Positions 20,636 to 30,139 of a stretch of 64,000 nucleotides of DNA are shown piece by piece. The stretch spans positions 131,509-195,508 of the forward strand of contig JANXCV010000003.1 of the NCBI GenBank assembly GCA_025059235.1, written 5' to 3'. Positions within the stretch are counted from its first letter, which is position 1. Every line of letters starts with the position of its first letter. A program made the position numbers and the translations under genes. The notes under the pieces were generated by a model. The model made no database searches. It was given only the letters and a program-made list of their open reading frames with translations, and had not been told where the DNA came from. The stretch is from Candidatus Calescibacterium sp. (lineage in GTDB: Bacteria > DRYD01).

Positions 20636-20657
20636 TCAAGTACCACCGGCATTTGAT

Positions 20658-23600
20658 ATGGAGTTGAAATATATCGAAAGAATTATAAAAGAACTTGATG
20701 AGCTCTTAGAAAAAATAGTCGAAAATCAGGAAATACAAAACACTAATCTTGATCAATTCCTTGATAAGTGTTTTAATATCATCAAATCTTGTACTACTAT
20801 CAAAAAGATATATTTTTCTAGTAACTACCCAGAAAAGAATGAGGATAGATTGGTATTTCCTATAGGTATCAAAGATGAAATAATCGGATATATTGTCATT
20901 GAAGATAATACCAGTCAAGAACTGAGCTCGATTATCATCCAGAACTTGAAGTATATTATTTTCATATTCTTATCTTTTAAGGAGTTGTATAATTCGATTG
21001 ATAGTTTGAAGTACATGGGTGTAAAATTCGAAGCATATAGGAGAGCTTTCTATGATATCTCTAAAGCTATGTTAACCTCTCTTTCCGAAGAAACGTTATT
21101 GAATATAATCTGCAGGATAACGCAAGATCTTGTCCTTTGTAGTGCCTGTATAATATTCTTCAGAAACAAAGTTTACTATACTGCTTCTAATAAGCTCATA
21201 GAACAGGAACTAAATTTCATTATTCCAGAACTGAAAAACACCATAGAAAAAAGGTTTGAGTTATTCTATAGTGAGGGAGAAATAATCGAGATTCAAAATG
21301 TATTTTTAAAACATCTAAAGAGTGCTTTTGTCAAACGATTTTCTATTCCTACTATTGGAACAGGAACCTTCATCCTTCTCTTTACAAAAGAAGCCGACTT
21401 ATCAAATATAGACATGGATTTTGTTTCTACAGTAACAAGTAACATAGCAACAGCACTAGAAACAAGAAACCTATTCGAACAATTAGCTATAAAAAATACC
21501 TTCCTGGAAAAGCTATTCATTGGATCAACTAGACTCTCTCAGGTTAACTCTTTTGAAGAACTGTACCATACCCTATTCTTAATCGTAAACGATATGTTTT
21601 CCGATTGTGACTTCGTTGTCTTCAGTAAAACTAAAGGATATGTATTCAAACCCTCATACATAAAAATATCAAATTCAAAGATATTAAGTTTTGTTGAGGC
21701 TTCCGAGATATCTTTAACTGTAATATCTGAAGAATTATCTAGAAGATTTGCACTATACAAGTCGTTGGTTATCTTCAAAGAAGATGATTCTAAAAATGAT
21801 TTAGTAAGGTTTTTTGACCTTATATTTCAAAGGCCATATGTAATTGTCCCTATTGTAGACAATAATAACGTTAATTCTCTTATCGTTTTCAATGTCAAGT
21901 ATCAGTTTTGGTTTGGTTATCAAACTGTACTTGATATCCTTTCAAACCATTTATCTGTTCTATTTTCGTATGTCTTTTCCCGTGTTAATGCTTATGAAAA
22001 ATTGCTAGCTAAGTCTAATGAAACAAAAATAATAAATAGGGTTATTTTTGACTATTCCTCTATCAGAGACATAAATGTTCTTATTTCCAATTTTGTGAAG
22101 GAGATAAATAATCTGATCAGTTACTCTATTCCCGTTTTTTGCTACTACAAGGGTGGGAATGTAATTTTGGTAAAAACTGTGGAACACTACAAAAGTCTAG
22201 TATTGACTGTAGTCAACAACTTACCCACTTTGATATTGAATAAAGTTAAAGAAAGTATACAAATGATTGGCAAAGGAAAGTTTAAACCTGTGTTAATAAA
22301 TAATCTCGAGCTTTTCTTTGATAACATCAATGTATATGATTTTGTTAGAAGGTCCAACTTAAAGAGTTTACTAATTTTACCAATTAAAAATGAAGTTTCT
22401 GACTCCCAACCCTTCCTGTTAGTTTTTAGTCTATCCAATAGATTTGAAGAGAATTACCTTGAACTTCTGTACAGTTTAGCTAGTAATTTCAGTATATTCT
22501 TCGAAAATGCCTCTATTTATTCTTTCTTAGAGGAGAGGCTTAAGGCAACTGATATACTTTACAATTTTTTGAGAATAGTTACTTCAGTACTTGATCCATA
22601 TAATGTTGTTATAAGAGCGACCGAGTTTCTCGAAGAACTCATCAAACCAGATATCTTCCTTTTCGCCCTCAAAAAGTATCACAACTTCGAATTTATACAT
22701 ATGAAACCAAAAGGGATAAACCTAGATTATAATTCCATACTCAAAGCTTTAGCATACATAGGAACTAACGTAGTTTTGATAAATCGAAAAAATATTTTAA
22801 CCGATAAAAACTTCAAGAGAATATGGACAGAAATAAATAAAAACCGGCAGACTCAAGTTAAGCAAATTTTTGTTATCCCTATCGTTTACCTAAGAGAAGT
22901 CCTAGGATATATCATACTTGGAATAGCAAAAGAAAACATAAATGAAGCTCTAGTATGGATACTTACGAATATTCCCTATGCTCTGTCCACTCCTCTTAAA
23001 AATTCTATGATTATGCAGGAGCAAGTGGAAATTTCCAACATAATAAGACAAGCACTTACAACAAGGATAGATAAGAAAAGCTTCCACAAGAAAGGAATAG
23101 ACCTGAATTACAAGCACGTGGCTTCAAGAGAAATAACTGCAGATTGGCTCGAAATAATAGAAAAGAAAGATAGTTTGACTGTTATTCTTGCAGACGTATC
23201 GGGTAAAGGAGCTAAGTCAGCTATATATACCGCTCAGGCCAAGTTCGCAGCTAAGTCTCTCTTCTACACATTGGACGACTTTGAATTTGCAGTAAACGAA
23301 CTAAATAAAATACTTTCCCTAACCGTTTCTGACGACAATTTCATAACCATGTTGGCCGTAAATATTTACAGAAAGAATAATAAAGTCTACTGCCAGTACT
23401 TGACTGCTGGACATGAACCCCTCATTATTATTAAAAATCCAGGAAAGATAGATATACTCTCTACCCAAGATGTACCTCTTTGCATAAACCAAGAATACAT
23501 ATATAAACCTCGCTTATGTGAGCTTAAACCAGGAGATATACTATTTCTATACACTGATGGCGCAGTAGACATAAAAAATGAAAATTCCGAGAGTTTTGGC

Positions 23601-23759
23601 AGAAATAGATTGTTTGATCTGATAAAAAATTTATCATCATCAACTCAGTGTGTAAAGGAGCTAACAGATAGGGTTTATATTGAGGTAATGAAATTCAGTT
23701 CTACTCCTTTATCTAATCCTCCAGATGATATTACCTTGGTTTTTATAAAAATATTATAG
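20658..23759 (+). CDS. large multi-GAF-like sensor protein with a C-terminal PP2C/SpoIIE-type serine phosphatase domain
   Basis: The 1033 aa ORF ends in a ~230-aa domain with ADVSGKGAKSAIYTAQAKF, TAGHEPLIII, GDILFLYTDGAVD and PPDDITLVFIKI, the SpoIIE/RsbU pattern. The N-terminal 800 aa is repetitive and GAF-like with no TM helix. Confidence 0.8.
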   Translation: MELKYIERIIKELDELLEKIVENQEIQNTNLDQFLDKCFNIIKSCTTIKKIYFSSNYPEKNEDRLVFPIGIKDEIIGYIVIEDNTSQELSSIIIQNLKYIIFIFLSFKELYNSIDSLKYMGVKFEAYRRAFYDISKAMLTSLSEETLLNIICRITQDLVLCSACIIFFRNKVYYTASNKLIEQELNFIIPELKNTIEKRFELFYSEGEIIEIQNVFLKHLKSAFVKRFSIPTIGTGTFILLFTKEADLSNIDMDFVSTVTSNIATALETRNLFEQLAIKNTFLEKLFIGSTRLSQVNSFEELYHTLFLIVNDMFSDCDFVVFSKTKGYVFKPSYIKISNSKILSFVEASEISLTVISEELSRRFALYKSLVIFKEDDSKNDLVRFFDLIFQRPYVIVPIVDNNNVNSLIVFNVKYQFWFGYQTVLDILSNHLSVLFSYVFSRVNAYEKLLAKSNETKIINRVIFDYSSIRDINVLISNFVKEINNLISYSIPVFCYYKGGNVILVKTVEHYKSLVLTVVNNLPTLILNKVKESIQMIGKGKFKPVLINNLELFFDNINVYDFVRRSNLKSLLILPIKNEVSDSQPFLLVFSLSNRFEENYLELLYSLASNFSIFFENASIYSFLEERLKATDILYNFLRIVTSVLDPYNVVIRATEFLEELIKPDIFLFALKKYHNFEFIHMKPKGINLDYNSILKALAYIGTNVVLINRKNILTDKNFKRIWTEINKNRQTQVKQIFVIPIVYLREVLGYIILGIAKENINEALVWILTNIPYALSTPLKNSMIMQEQVEISNIIRQALTTRIDKKSFHKKGIDLNYKHVASREITADWLEIIEKKDSLTVILADVSGKGAKSAIYTAQAKFAAKSLFYTLDDFEFAVNELNKILSLTVSDDNFITMLAVNIYRKNNKVYCQYLTAGHEPLIIIKNPGKIDILSTQDVPLCINQEYIYKPRLCELKPGDILFLYTDGAVDIKNENSESFGRNRLFDLIKNLSSSTQCVKELTDRVYIEVMKFSSTPLSNPPDDITLVFIKIL

Positions 23760-23778
23760 TAGAAAGGGGGGTTAAAGT

Positions 23779-24711
23779 ATGTATGATTGTATTATAGTAG
23801 GTGCTGGTGCTGCTGGGTTGACTGCAGCTATGTACGCAGCTAGATTGGGAATGAGCGTCATAGTATTTGAAAAACAGCTACCCGGTGGACAACTGCTTTT
23901 AACAAATGAAATAGAAAACTATCCGGGACATATCAAAATCTCCGGACCACAAATATCTGAAATCTTAACCAAACAAGCACAAATCGCAGGAGCAAAAATA
24001 AATACTCTCGAAGAAGTAGAGTCAATAAGAAAACAAGGAAAAGTAATATACGTAACTACTTCAAACGGTTCGTACGAATCTCTAAGTTTAATAATATCTG
24101 CTGGTATGAGCCATAGAAAGCTAAACGTTCCTGGAGAACAAGAATTCGCAGGTAGAGGAGTATCTTATTGTGCTCTCTGTGATGGACCATTCTTCAAAGG
24201 AAAAGTCTTAGCAGTAGTCGGCGGAGGTAATAGCGCATTACAAGAAACAACTTACCTAGCTAACATAGCTCAAAAAATCTATCTCATACATAGAAGAGAT
24301 CAGTTCAGAGGATTCAAATATCTACAAGACAAAGTATTCAGTCTACCTAATGTTGAAATAATATGGAATACAGTTGTTGAAGAAATCAGAGGAGAGAACA
24401 AGGTTAATTCAATCGTCTTGAGGAATGTCAAAAATCAAGAGGTTTCGTTATTAAATGTTGATGGTATATTCATTTTCATAGGCTTTGAGACAAAAACGGA
24501 TATATATCGTGAATTTGTTGATCTTGATGAGTATGGATTTATAAAGACTGATGAACATATGAGAACCAGAACTGACGGAATATTTGCTGCAGGCGATATT
24601 AGAAGTGGTAGCGAAAAACAGTTAGTCACTTCTGCTGCAGATGGTGCTATCGCAGCAATCCGAGCTTTTGAATATGTTAAATCAATCAAACAAGCAGTTA
24701 ACACGAGGTGA
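23779..24711 (+). CDS. trxB: thioredoxin-disulfide reductase
   Basis: FAD motif is IIVGAGAAGLTAAMYAAR. The redox centre is SYCALCDG. The NADPH motif is AVVGGGNSALQE. The C-terminus has FAAGDIR. Confidence 0.9.
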   Translation: MYDCIIVGAGAAGLTAAMYAARLGMSVIVFEKQLPGGQLLLTNEIENYPGHIKISGPQISEILTKQAQIAGAKINTLEEVESIRKQGKVIYVTTSNGSYESLSLIISAGMSHRKLNVPGEQEFAGRGVSYCALCDGPFFKGKVLAVVGGGNSALQETTYLANIAQKIYLIHRRDQFRGFKYLQDKVFSLPNVEIIWNTVVEEIRGENKVNSIVLRNVKNQEVSLLNVDGIFIFIGFETKTDIYREFVDLDEYGFIKTDEHMRTRTDGIFAAGDIRSGSEKQLVTSAADGAIAAIRAFEYVKSIKQAVNTR

Positions 24712-24720
24712 GAAGGGGAA

Positions 24721-25740
24721 ATGAAAAAAGCTTTGATTACGGGTATACGAGGACAAGATGGAGCTTACTTAGCTAAGCTACTCCTAGAACAGGGATACCA
24801 AGTATATGGAGCTGATAGAAGAAGCTCAGACTCCTCCTACTGGAGACTGGAAAAACTAAAAATCAAAGATAAAGTTAAAATAATATACATGGATCTTCTC
24901 GAAGAAAGTAATGTCTATGAGGTTATGAGAACCTATAAGTTTGATGAGATATATAATTTGGCTGCTCAAAGTTTTGTCCAGGTTTCTTTCAATCAGCCTC
25001 TTCTTACTGCTAATGTCAACTCTATGGGCACCCTTAGAATATTGGAAGCTATTAGACTCTTTTCAAGGGATACCAAGTTTTATCAAGCTTCTACTTCTGA
25101 GTTATACGGTAAAGTTCAGGAAATTCCTCAGCGAGAAACCACTCCATTTTATCCACGTAGTCCATATGCTGTCTCTAAGCTTTTTGCTCATTGGATAACT
25201 GTAAACTACCGAGAAGCATATGGAATGTTCAATGTTTGTGGTATCTTATTTAATCATGAATCTCCTCTCAGATCGATAGAGTTTATAACAAAGAAAGTCG
25301 TTAACGGTGTGTGCAAAATAAAACTGGGGTTGGTTGATAAAATAGAGGTCGGTAATATTGAAGCCAAACGGGATTGGGGATACGCCCCAGAATACGTCTA
25401 TGGAATGTACCTAATGATGAATCATCCTAATCCCGATGATTTCGTACTAGCTACTGGTGAAATTCATAGCGTAAAAGAGTTAATTGAAAAAGCCTTTTCC
25501 TTAGTAGATATTTACATATCCTGGCAAGACAAAGACGGTAAAATAATTGGTGTTGATCAACAGGGAAAAATAAGAGTACAAACCAATCAGGAATACTATA
25601 GACCTTCTGAAGTTGATATCCTGGTTGGTGATTATTCAAAGGCAAAGCAAATACTGGGATGGGAACCTAAAGTTAAGTTTGACAAGCTAATCGAGATAAT
25701 GGTTGAAGAAGAAATGAAAGAACTAAAAGAAAAAAAATGA
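24721..25740 (+). CDS. gmd: GDP-mannose 4,6-dehydratase
   Basis: Blocks present: KKALITGIRGQDGAYLAKLLLEQGYQVYG, YNLAAQSFV, QASTSELYG, SPYAVSKL, GILFNHESP, NIEAKRDWGYA. Confidence 0.9.
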   Translation: MKKALITGIRGQDGAYLAKLLLEQGYQVYGADRRSSDSSYWRLEKLKIKDKVKIIYMDLLEESNVYEVMRTYKFDEIYNLAAQSFVQVSFNQPLLTANVNSMGTLRILEAIRLFSRDTKFYQASTSELYGKVQEIPQRETTPFYPRSPYAVSKLFAHWITVNYREAYGMFNVCGILFNHESPLRSIEFITKKVVNGVCKIKLGLVDKIEVGNIEAKRDWGYAPEYVYGMYLMMNHPNPDDFVLATGEIHSVKELIEKAFSLVDIYISWQDKDGKIIGVDQQGKIRVQTNQEYYRPSEVDILVGDYSKAKQILGWEPKVKFDKLIEIMVEEEMKELKEKK

Positions 25741-26684
25741 AGCTACTGCTTTATCGTGATGATGGGCTAGGAGATACACTGTTCACTATACCTACAGTTA
25801 ATTTCATCCTAAACTTCATACCGAATGTAGAGCTATACTGGATAACAAACCATGCCGAGCTGACACAGAATATAATGAATCATAGAAATCTCTATGTTTT
25901 TACTCCTTTACAAATTAGAAAGGTAGAGGATACTATATTTGATGTTGCTTTGTTTTTAGGACCTTGGGGTAAAATTAAATCTCTAAAACACCTACAGGAT
26001 ATCTTATCAGTAAAGTCTAGATATAAATCTATATCTTCATACGAAAAAAAGTTGACGTATAAGATTCTTAAGTTTTTTCTTCCGAAAAATTATTTTTGGA
26101 TAGATTTTGAAAATATTTTTATCGGACATGACATCCTTAACACTTGGAGTTTTACTGTTTATACTCTTCAAAAGCTGAGCATAAGTTTTGTCAGATGCTC
26201 AGAGGAGGAGATTTTTAGAATGTACGACTATAGACTATACTGTGATAATTTGTCCAAGGTTAAGGATAGAAAAAAAGTGATAGTACATTTTACATATAAG
26301 TCTCTATATTTGGGGGTGGGGTTCAAAGATTACTATAGACTGATTGATTTTCTGAAATCGTTTGGGGATGTAGTTGTCATTTTCGGCCCGTACGAAAAAA
26401 AATATATGGACCCTTTTTCATATAATGTTGAAAAAATGTTCGTTAGTAGTATAAAAAAATACGTTGATTTATGTTTTGAGAGTTTTTTGCTTGTTGGTTT
26501 TGATACGGGTCCCGTTCATTTAGCCTGTTTTTTCAATGTTCCTTATGTTGTGTCTTTCTTTCCTGACAAGGGATTCAGCTATAGAGTTACTCGTTGGAAA
26601 CCATTCTCTAATATCTCTAAAACATTAGTCATGAAATATTCAGATTTAGATTATATAAGTGGATTGGAGAAATTTTTGAGATAA
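25737..26684 (+). CDS. glycosyltransferase family 9 (heptosyltransferase-like)
   Basis: The N-terminus MKLLLYRDDGLGDTLFTIPTVNFI matches the GT9 R.(G/D).GD....P motif. The C-terminal DTGPVHLA block also fits. It overlaps the gmd stop by 4 nt. Confidence 0.6.
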   Translation: MKLLLYRDDGLGDTLFTIPTVNFILNFIPNVELYWITNHAELTQNIMNHRNLYVFTPLQIRKVEDTIFDVALFLGPWGKIKSLKHLQDILSVKSRYKSISSYEKKLTYKILKFFLPKNYFWIDFENIFIGHDILNTWSFTVYTLQKLSISFVRCSEEEIFRMYDYRLYCDNLSKVKDRKKVIVHFTYKSLYLGVGFKDYYRLIDFLKSFGDVVVIFGPYEKKYMDPFSYNVEKMFVSSIKKYVDLCFESFLLVGFDTGPVHLACFFNVPYVVSFFPDKGFSYRVTRWKPFSNISKTLVMKYSDLDYISGLEKFLR

Positions 26685-26688
26685 AGAG

Positions 26689-26726
26689 AGCACGAAAGAG
26701 GTATTGTTTTTAACCCCTTTCGTGCT
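26689..26726. terminator. bidirectional hairpin between convergent genes (10-bp perfect stem AGCACGAAAG/CTTTCGTGCT)
   Basis: Read directly as agcacgaaag-(18 nt)-ctttcgtgct. It begins 5 nt after the GT9 stop and ends 13 nt before the stop of the minus-strand gene at 26739. Short T-rich flanks lie on both sides. Confidence 0.6.
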
Positions 26727-26738
26727 TTGGAATTTCGA

Positions 26739-27278
26739 CTATCTGCCGATTGCTGCTGATACTCCACCGTATCTTTGCAGGATTTGTTGTGCCATTTGTT
26801 CTACTTCGGGTTTAAGAGGTAGATTCATTGATTTAACCATCATATAGTCTTGTTGTAGTTTTTGTACTGCTTGTTGAAGTCCTTGTCCGCCGTTTTGTAG
26901 AGCTTGTAGGACCATGAGTATACCTTGAATTATCAGTTGATTGGGGTCAAATTGATTTTGGAGGGGATTATTTTGTGTCTGTTTAGGCTGACTGCATCTT
27001 GAACTACTTCCGCTACTTCTTCTTTGTTGTTCTAATAATTTTTTGAGGTTTTCTAATTCTTTTCTTAATTTTTCTATTTCTTCTTGTATTTTCTTTTTCT
27101 CCTCGTTTTTGTCGGTTTTATCTTTATCTTTTAGATGTTCTTTTTGTTGATTTTCGGTAGTCTTGTTTTCATTTGTTTGAGTGGTTTCCGATGTGTGAGA
27201 AGTGTTACTGGTAGCTGATGTTGTTGCATGAGTTGCCGAACTACTTGATACTGATTGAATCTCAGACATTTGTATCAC
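26739..27278 (-). CDS. hypothetical S/T/Q-rich, probably disordered, coiled-coil protein
   Basis: The 179 aa ORF has SD AAGGAGGTGA 6 nt upstream of the ATG. The N-terminus is SVSSSSATHATTSATSNTSHTSETTQTNENKTTENQQ. A KE-rich heptad stretch follows, then a Q-rich C-terminus. There is no signal peptide or TM helix, and the composition differs sharply from neighbouring proteins. Confidence 0.6.
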   Translation of the reverse strand: MIQMSEIQSVSSSSATHATTSATSNTSHTSETTQTNENKTTENQQKEHLKDKDKTDKNEEKKKIQEEIEKLRKELENLKKLLEQQRRSSGSSSRCSQPKQTQNNPLQNQFDPNQLIIQGILMVLQALQNGGQGLQQAVQKLQQDYMMVKSMNLPLKPEVEQMAQQILQRYGGVSAAIGR

Positions 27279-27323
27279 CTCCTTAATTTATTAGTAATTG
27301 ACATCTTGACCAAGAAAATCAGA

Positions 27324-27346
27324 TTTTTGTAAAAAATGTAAAAACT
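27324..27346. promoter_or_regulatory. T/A-rich direct-repeat motif, copy with 9-nt period (+ strand tttttGTAAAAAATGTAAAAAC)
   Basis: It lies in the divergent intergenic region between 26739..27278 (-) and 27414..28082 (+). It is related to the copies at 31400..31421 and 49643..49664. Confidence 0.4.
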
Positions 27347-27413
27347 TTTTTTTTGTTGTTAAATTTTGAAAATTGGAAGAAAAGGTTGATAGTAGAATTG
27401 TAGAGAATTTTTT

Positions 27414-28082
27414 TTGAGGATGCCCGAGAGAGTATACGACTTTCTATTTATACTATTTTCTCCTTTATGTCATCAGATAACTGAGAGGAGCTTTCAAAGT
27501 TTTGACGGTTTGCAATTTTTTGTCTGTGCCAGAGACACGGGAACTTATCTCGGTTTCTTCTTCTCTTTTATTATGTATAAAAAAAACAAATTTGAAATAC
27601 CTATTTTTCCGCTGGTTATACTGTTTTTTATTCATTTGTTACTTTTTGGTCTGGATGGTTTAACTTCTTATATGCATATAAGGGAAACGAATAATTTTAT
27701 TAGGTACTTTACAGGATTTTACTTTGGATTCTTTCTGGGATTGATTTTCCAATATCTTGAATTCTTCCTGTTTAAACCATCTCAAATAGTCTCCGGTTTT
27801 AAGAAATATGAAGGTATTCATAAAGCTATATTCGTTGAGTTTTTATGTTCGATTCTTTTTGTCGTTACACTTTTACTGATGAAATATCTGCTATACTTAT
27901 TGGTGATAGCTATATTTTTTTATATGTACAAATTAGTGGGGTTGATACTGAGGGTTTTTTTTATGAGCGAAAGGAGATTATGGTATTATCTTGCTTTCTC
28001 CTTGATTTTTATCTTAATTTTCTCTCTTGTTTTCAGTGTAGGTATAAATAAGATTCACATTGTACATAAGTTTTATCGTTGA
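27414..28082 (+). CDS. DUF2085 family membrane protein
   Basis: The N-terminal CHQITERSF...VCARDTGTYLGFF motif is typical of DUF2085 and is followed by several TM helices. The start is TTG 27414 or ATG 27420. Confidence 0.7.
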   Translation: MRMPERVYDFLFILFSPLCHQITERSFQSFDGLQFFVCARDTGTYLGFFFSFIMYKKNKFEIPIFPLVILFFIHLLLFGLDGLTSYMHIRETNNFIRYFTGFYFGFFLGLIFQYLEFFLFKPSQIVSGFKKYEGIHKAIFVEFLCSILFVVTLLLMKYLLYLLVIAIFFYMYKLVGLILRVFFMSERRLWYYLAFSLIFILIFSLVFSVGINKIHIVHKFYR

Positions 28083-28085
28083 AGC

Positions 28086-29261
28086 ATGCAGGAAAAGTTA
28101 TACAAGTTAATAGATTTTTTGAGGGAAAACAATGAGTATTATTCTAAGATTTTTGATAAGTTTAGAAACAGGGATTTAAATTGGCAAGAAATTCCGTTTC
28201 TTACTCGTGATCAAATTTACAAATATGGTCTATCTGGTGACAAAAAATTGCTAAGTAAGAATCTGAAGATTGGTTATATTTTTAGTACGGGTGGTACAAC
28301 CGGAAAACCTAAGTATATTGCCTATACGTTTGAAGAATTTGACTTGGTTTGTTTCTACCTAGCACATTGTTATGAAGGTATAGAACCAAGTGATATTGTA
28401 GCTAATCTTTTTATGGTTGGTAACATGTGGGCTTCATTCATCTCTGTAAATAAAGCACTCGAAAAAAAACGATGTACCATTCTACCTATTGCCGGAAACA
28501 CGGAATATACTCTTATAAAGTCCTATATTCAATATTTCAAACCTAACTGTATTGTTGGATTACCCACTCAGATAATGCAGGTATTGTCGATAGATATGAA
28601 TTTTGTTAAAAAGATCTACTATGGAGGAGAGAAATTTTTAGAGAGTCAAATTAATTTTCTGAAAAATATGGGATGTGATTTCATAAGGTCTGGCGGATAT
28701 GCTAGCGTAGATGCAGACATAATAGCTTATCAATGTAAAGATCTATACTACGACCAACATCATATTTTCGTTGATCATCAAATAGTTGAGATAATTGACA
28801 TAAATACCGAGCAGGTTATTTTTGAATATGAAAAAGTTGGTGAGATTGTTGTTACCAACCTTGATAGGTATTTATGTCCAGTTATAAGGTATAGAACTGG
28901 TGATTTGGCTAGATGGATAAAACCCAAATGTAATTGTAATCTTCCTACTATTGAACTAATTGGAAGATATGATGATTGGATAAGATTGGCAAGCTATGAT
29001 TTTTATTATAAGGATCTTGCAGATGCCCTCTATCCTTATTCTGTATCTCTTAAAGTTAACAGATCTCAGAACGTATTAACTGTACTTATAAAGAAGGATA
29101 AGAGTTTGAAAAAACTCGATGAAGAGGAAATACTAGAGAGGTTAAAGAATTCCAACTGGCAGCTCAAAGAAGGTATAGAAAATAACCTAATAACTGTAAG
29201 GGTAGAGTATGTAGAGGAATTACCAAAGACGAACAAGAGAGTTAACGTTATTTACGAATAA
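28086..29261 (+). CDS. adenylate-forming enzyme, phenylacetate-CoA ligase / CapK / F390-synthetase-like
   Basis: The AMP-binding P-loop-like motif is YIFSTGGTTGKPKYIAYT. The overall size of 391 aa and the C-terminal RYRTGD block fit the PaaK-like subfamily. Confidence 0.7.
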   Translation: MQEKLYKLIDFLRENNEYYSKIFDKFRNRDLNWQEIPFLTRDQIYKYGLSGDKKLLSKNLKIGYIFSTGGTTGKPKYIAYTFEEFDLVCFYLAHCYEGIEPSDIVANLFMVGNMWASFISVNKALEKKRCTILPIAGNTEYTLIKSYIQYFKPNCIVGLPTQIMQVLSIDMNFVKKIYYGGEKFLESQINFLKNMGCDFIRSGGYASVDADIIAYQCKDLYYDQHHIFVDHQIVEIIDINTEQVIFEYEKVGEIVVTNLDRYLCPVIRYRTGDLARWIKPKCNCNLPTIELIGRYDDWIRLASYDFYYKDLADALYPYSVSLKVNRSQNVLTVLIKKDKSLKKLDEEEILERLKNSNWQLKEGIENNLITVRVEYVEELPKTNKRVNVIYE

Positions 29262-30139
29262 TGTATCATCATTATCCTGTTCTTCACAGAGAAATCATAC
29301 AGATTATAAGAACTGAAGTTAAGCGAGAGGCCATATTTGTGGATTGTACCTTAGGCTTGGCTGGCCACAGTTCTCTTATTATACCTTTGCTTCCTTCCGG
29401 TTCATATGTATTTTTGTTGGACAAAGATAATGAAACTATTAAGATAGTAAAGCAAAAATTAGATGATAAATTAGATGATCTAGTTAAATCTAAACCTTGG
29501 AAAGATTTTAAGATTTTGAATATATCTTTTTCAGAATTTTTCGAAAGTTTTAAGTTTGACAAGGGATTTCTAGTAGCATTGGCTGATTTGGGGATTTCCT
29601 ACTATCAAATAAAAAATCAACCCGGTTTTAGTTTTGAACAGAATACTTTTCTAGATATGAGATGTGATAAAAGTCAATCCCTTACAGCTTTTGAAATAAT
29701 CAATAATTATCCTCCAGAGAAACTGTATAATATTTTAAACCATGTTTTGCAAAACGGTAAATTATCTTTTCGGATCGTTGAATCTATAGTTAAGCATAGA
29801 AGAGCAAAGAAAATTCAAACAACCTACGACCTAAATAAGGTGATATCTAAAATCGTAAGCTCCAAAATTCTCAAGGATACACTACAAAAGGTATATCTGT
29901 CTTTAAGAATACATGTAAATCAGGAGGATAAGGAGCTAATTAGTTTCTTGGAGTTTTTTAAAAAGTATAAAGACGATTTTTTATTGATGATAATATCCTA
30001 TCATTCTATCGAGGGGAAGATAGTAAAGAGTTTCATAAAGGATACTGGATTTCGATACCAAAAGATAAAACCTACAAAGCAGGAAATAGAGGAGAATAAA
30101 CCTTCGAGAAGTGCAATTCTTTGGGTGATAAGAAGATGA
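29261..30139 (+). CDS. rsmH: 16S rRNA (cytosine1402-N4)-methyltransferase
   Basis: Blocks present: HYPVLHREI, FVDCTLGLAGHS, LADLGISYYQ, ISYHSIEGKIVK, SRSAILWV. Confidence 0.9.
   Translation: MYHHYPVLHREIIQIIRTEVKREAIFVDCTLGLAGHSSLIIPLLPSGSYVFLLDKDNETIKIVKQKLDDKLDDLVKSKPWKDFKILNISFSEFFESFKFDKGFLVALADLGISYYQIKNQPGFSFEQNTFLDMRCDKSQSLTAFEIINNYPPEKLYNILNHVLQNGKLSFRIVESIVKHRRAKKIQTTYDLNKVISKIVSSKILKDTLQKVYLSLRIHVNQEDKELISFLEFFKKYKDDFLLMIISYHSIEGKIVKSFIKDTGFRYQKIKPTKQEIEENKPSRSAILWVIRR

Noticed and set aside
26739-27278. Calling the S/T/Q-rich protein FlgM (anti-sigma-28)
   Set aside because: It is twice the usual FlgM length and lacks the C-terminal FlgM sigma-binding pattern I know. Only the disordered, signal-less character is shared.
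27324-27346. Reading the TTTACA/TACAAT motif as a plain sigma-70, sigma-28 or sigma-54 promoter
   Set aside because: The TTTACA and TACAAT hexamers are only 7-8 nt apart, not about 17 nt. No TAAA-N15-GCCGATAA (sigma-28) or TGGCAC-N5-TTGCA (sigma-54) pattern is present near any copy. A transcription-factor direct-repeat site is therefore the more plausible reading.
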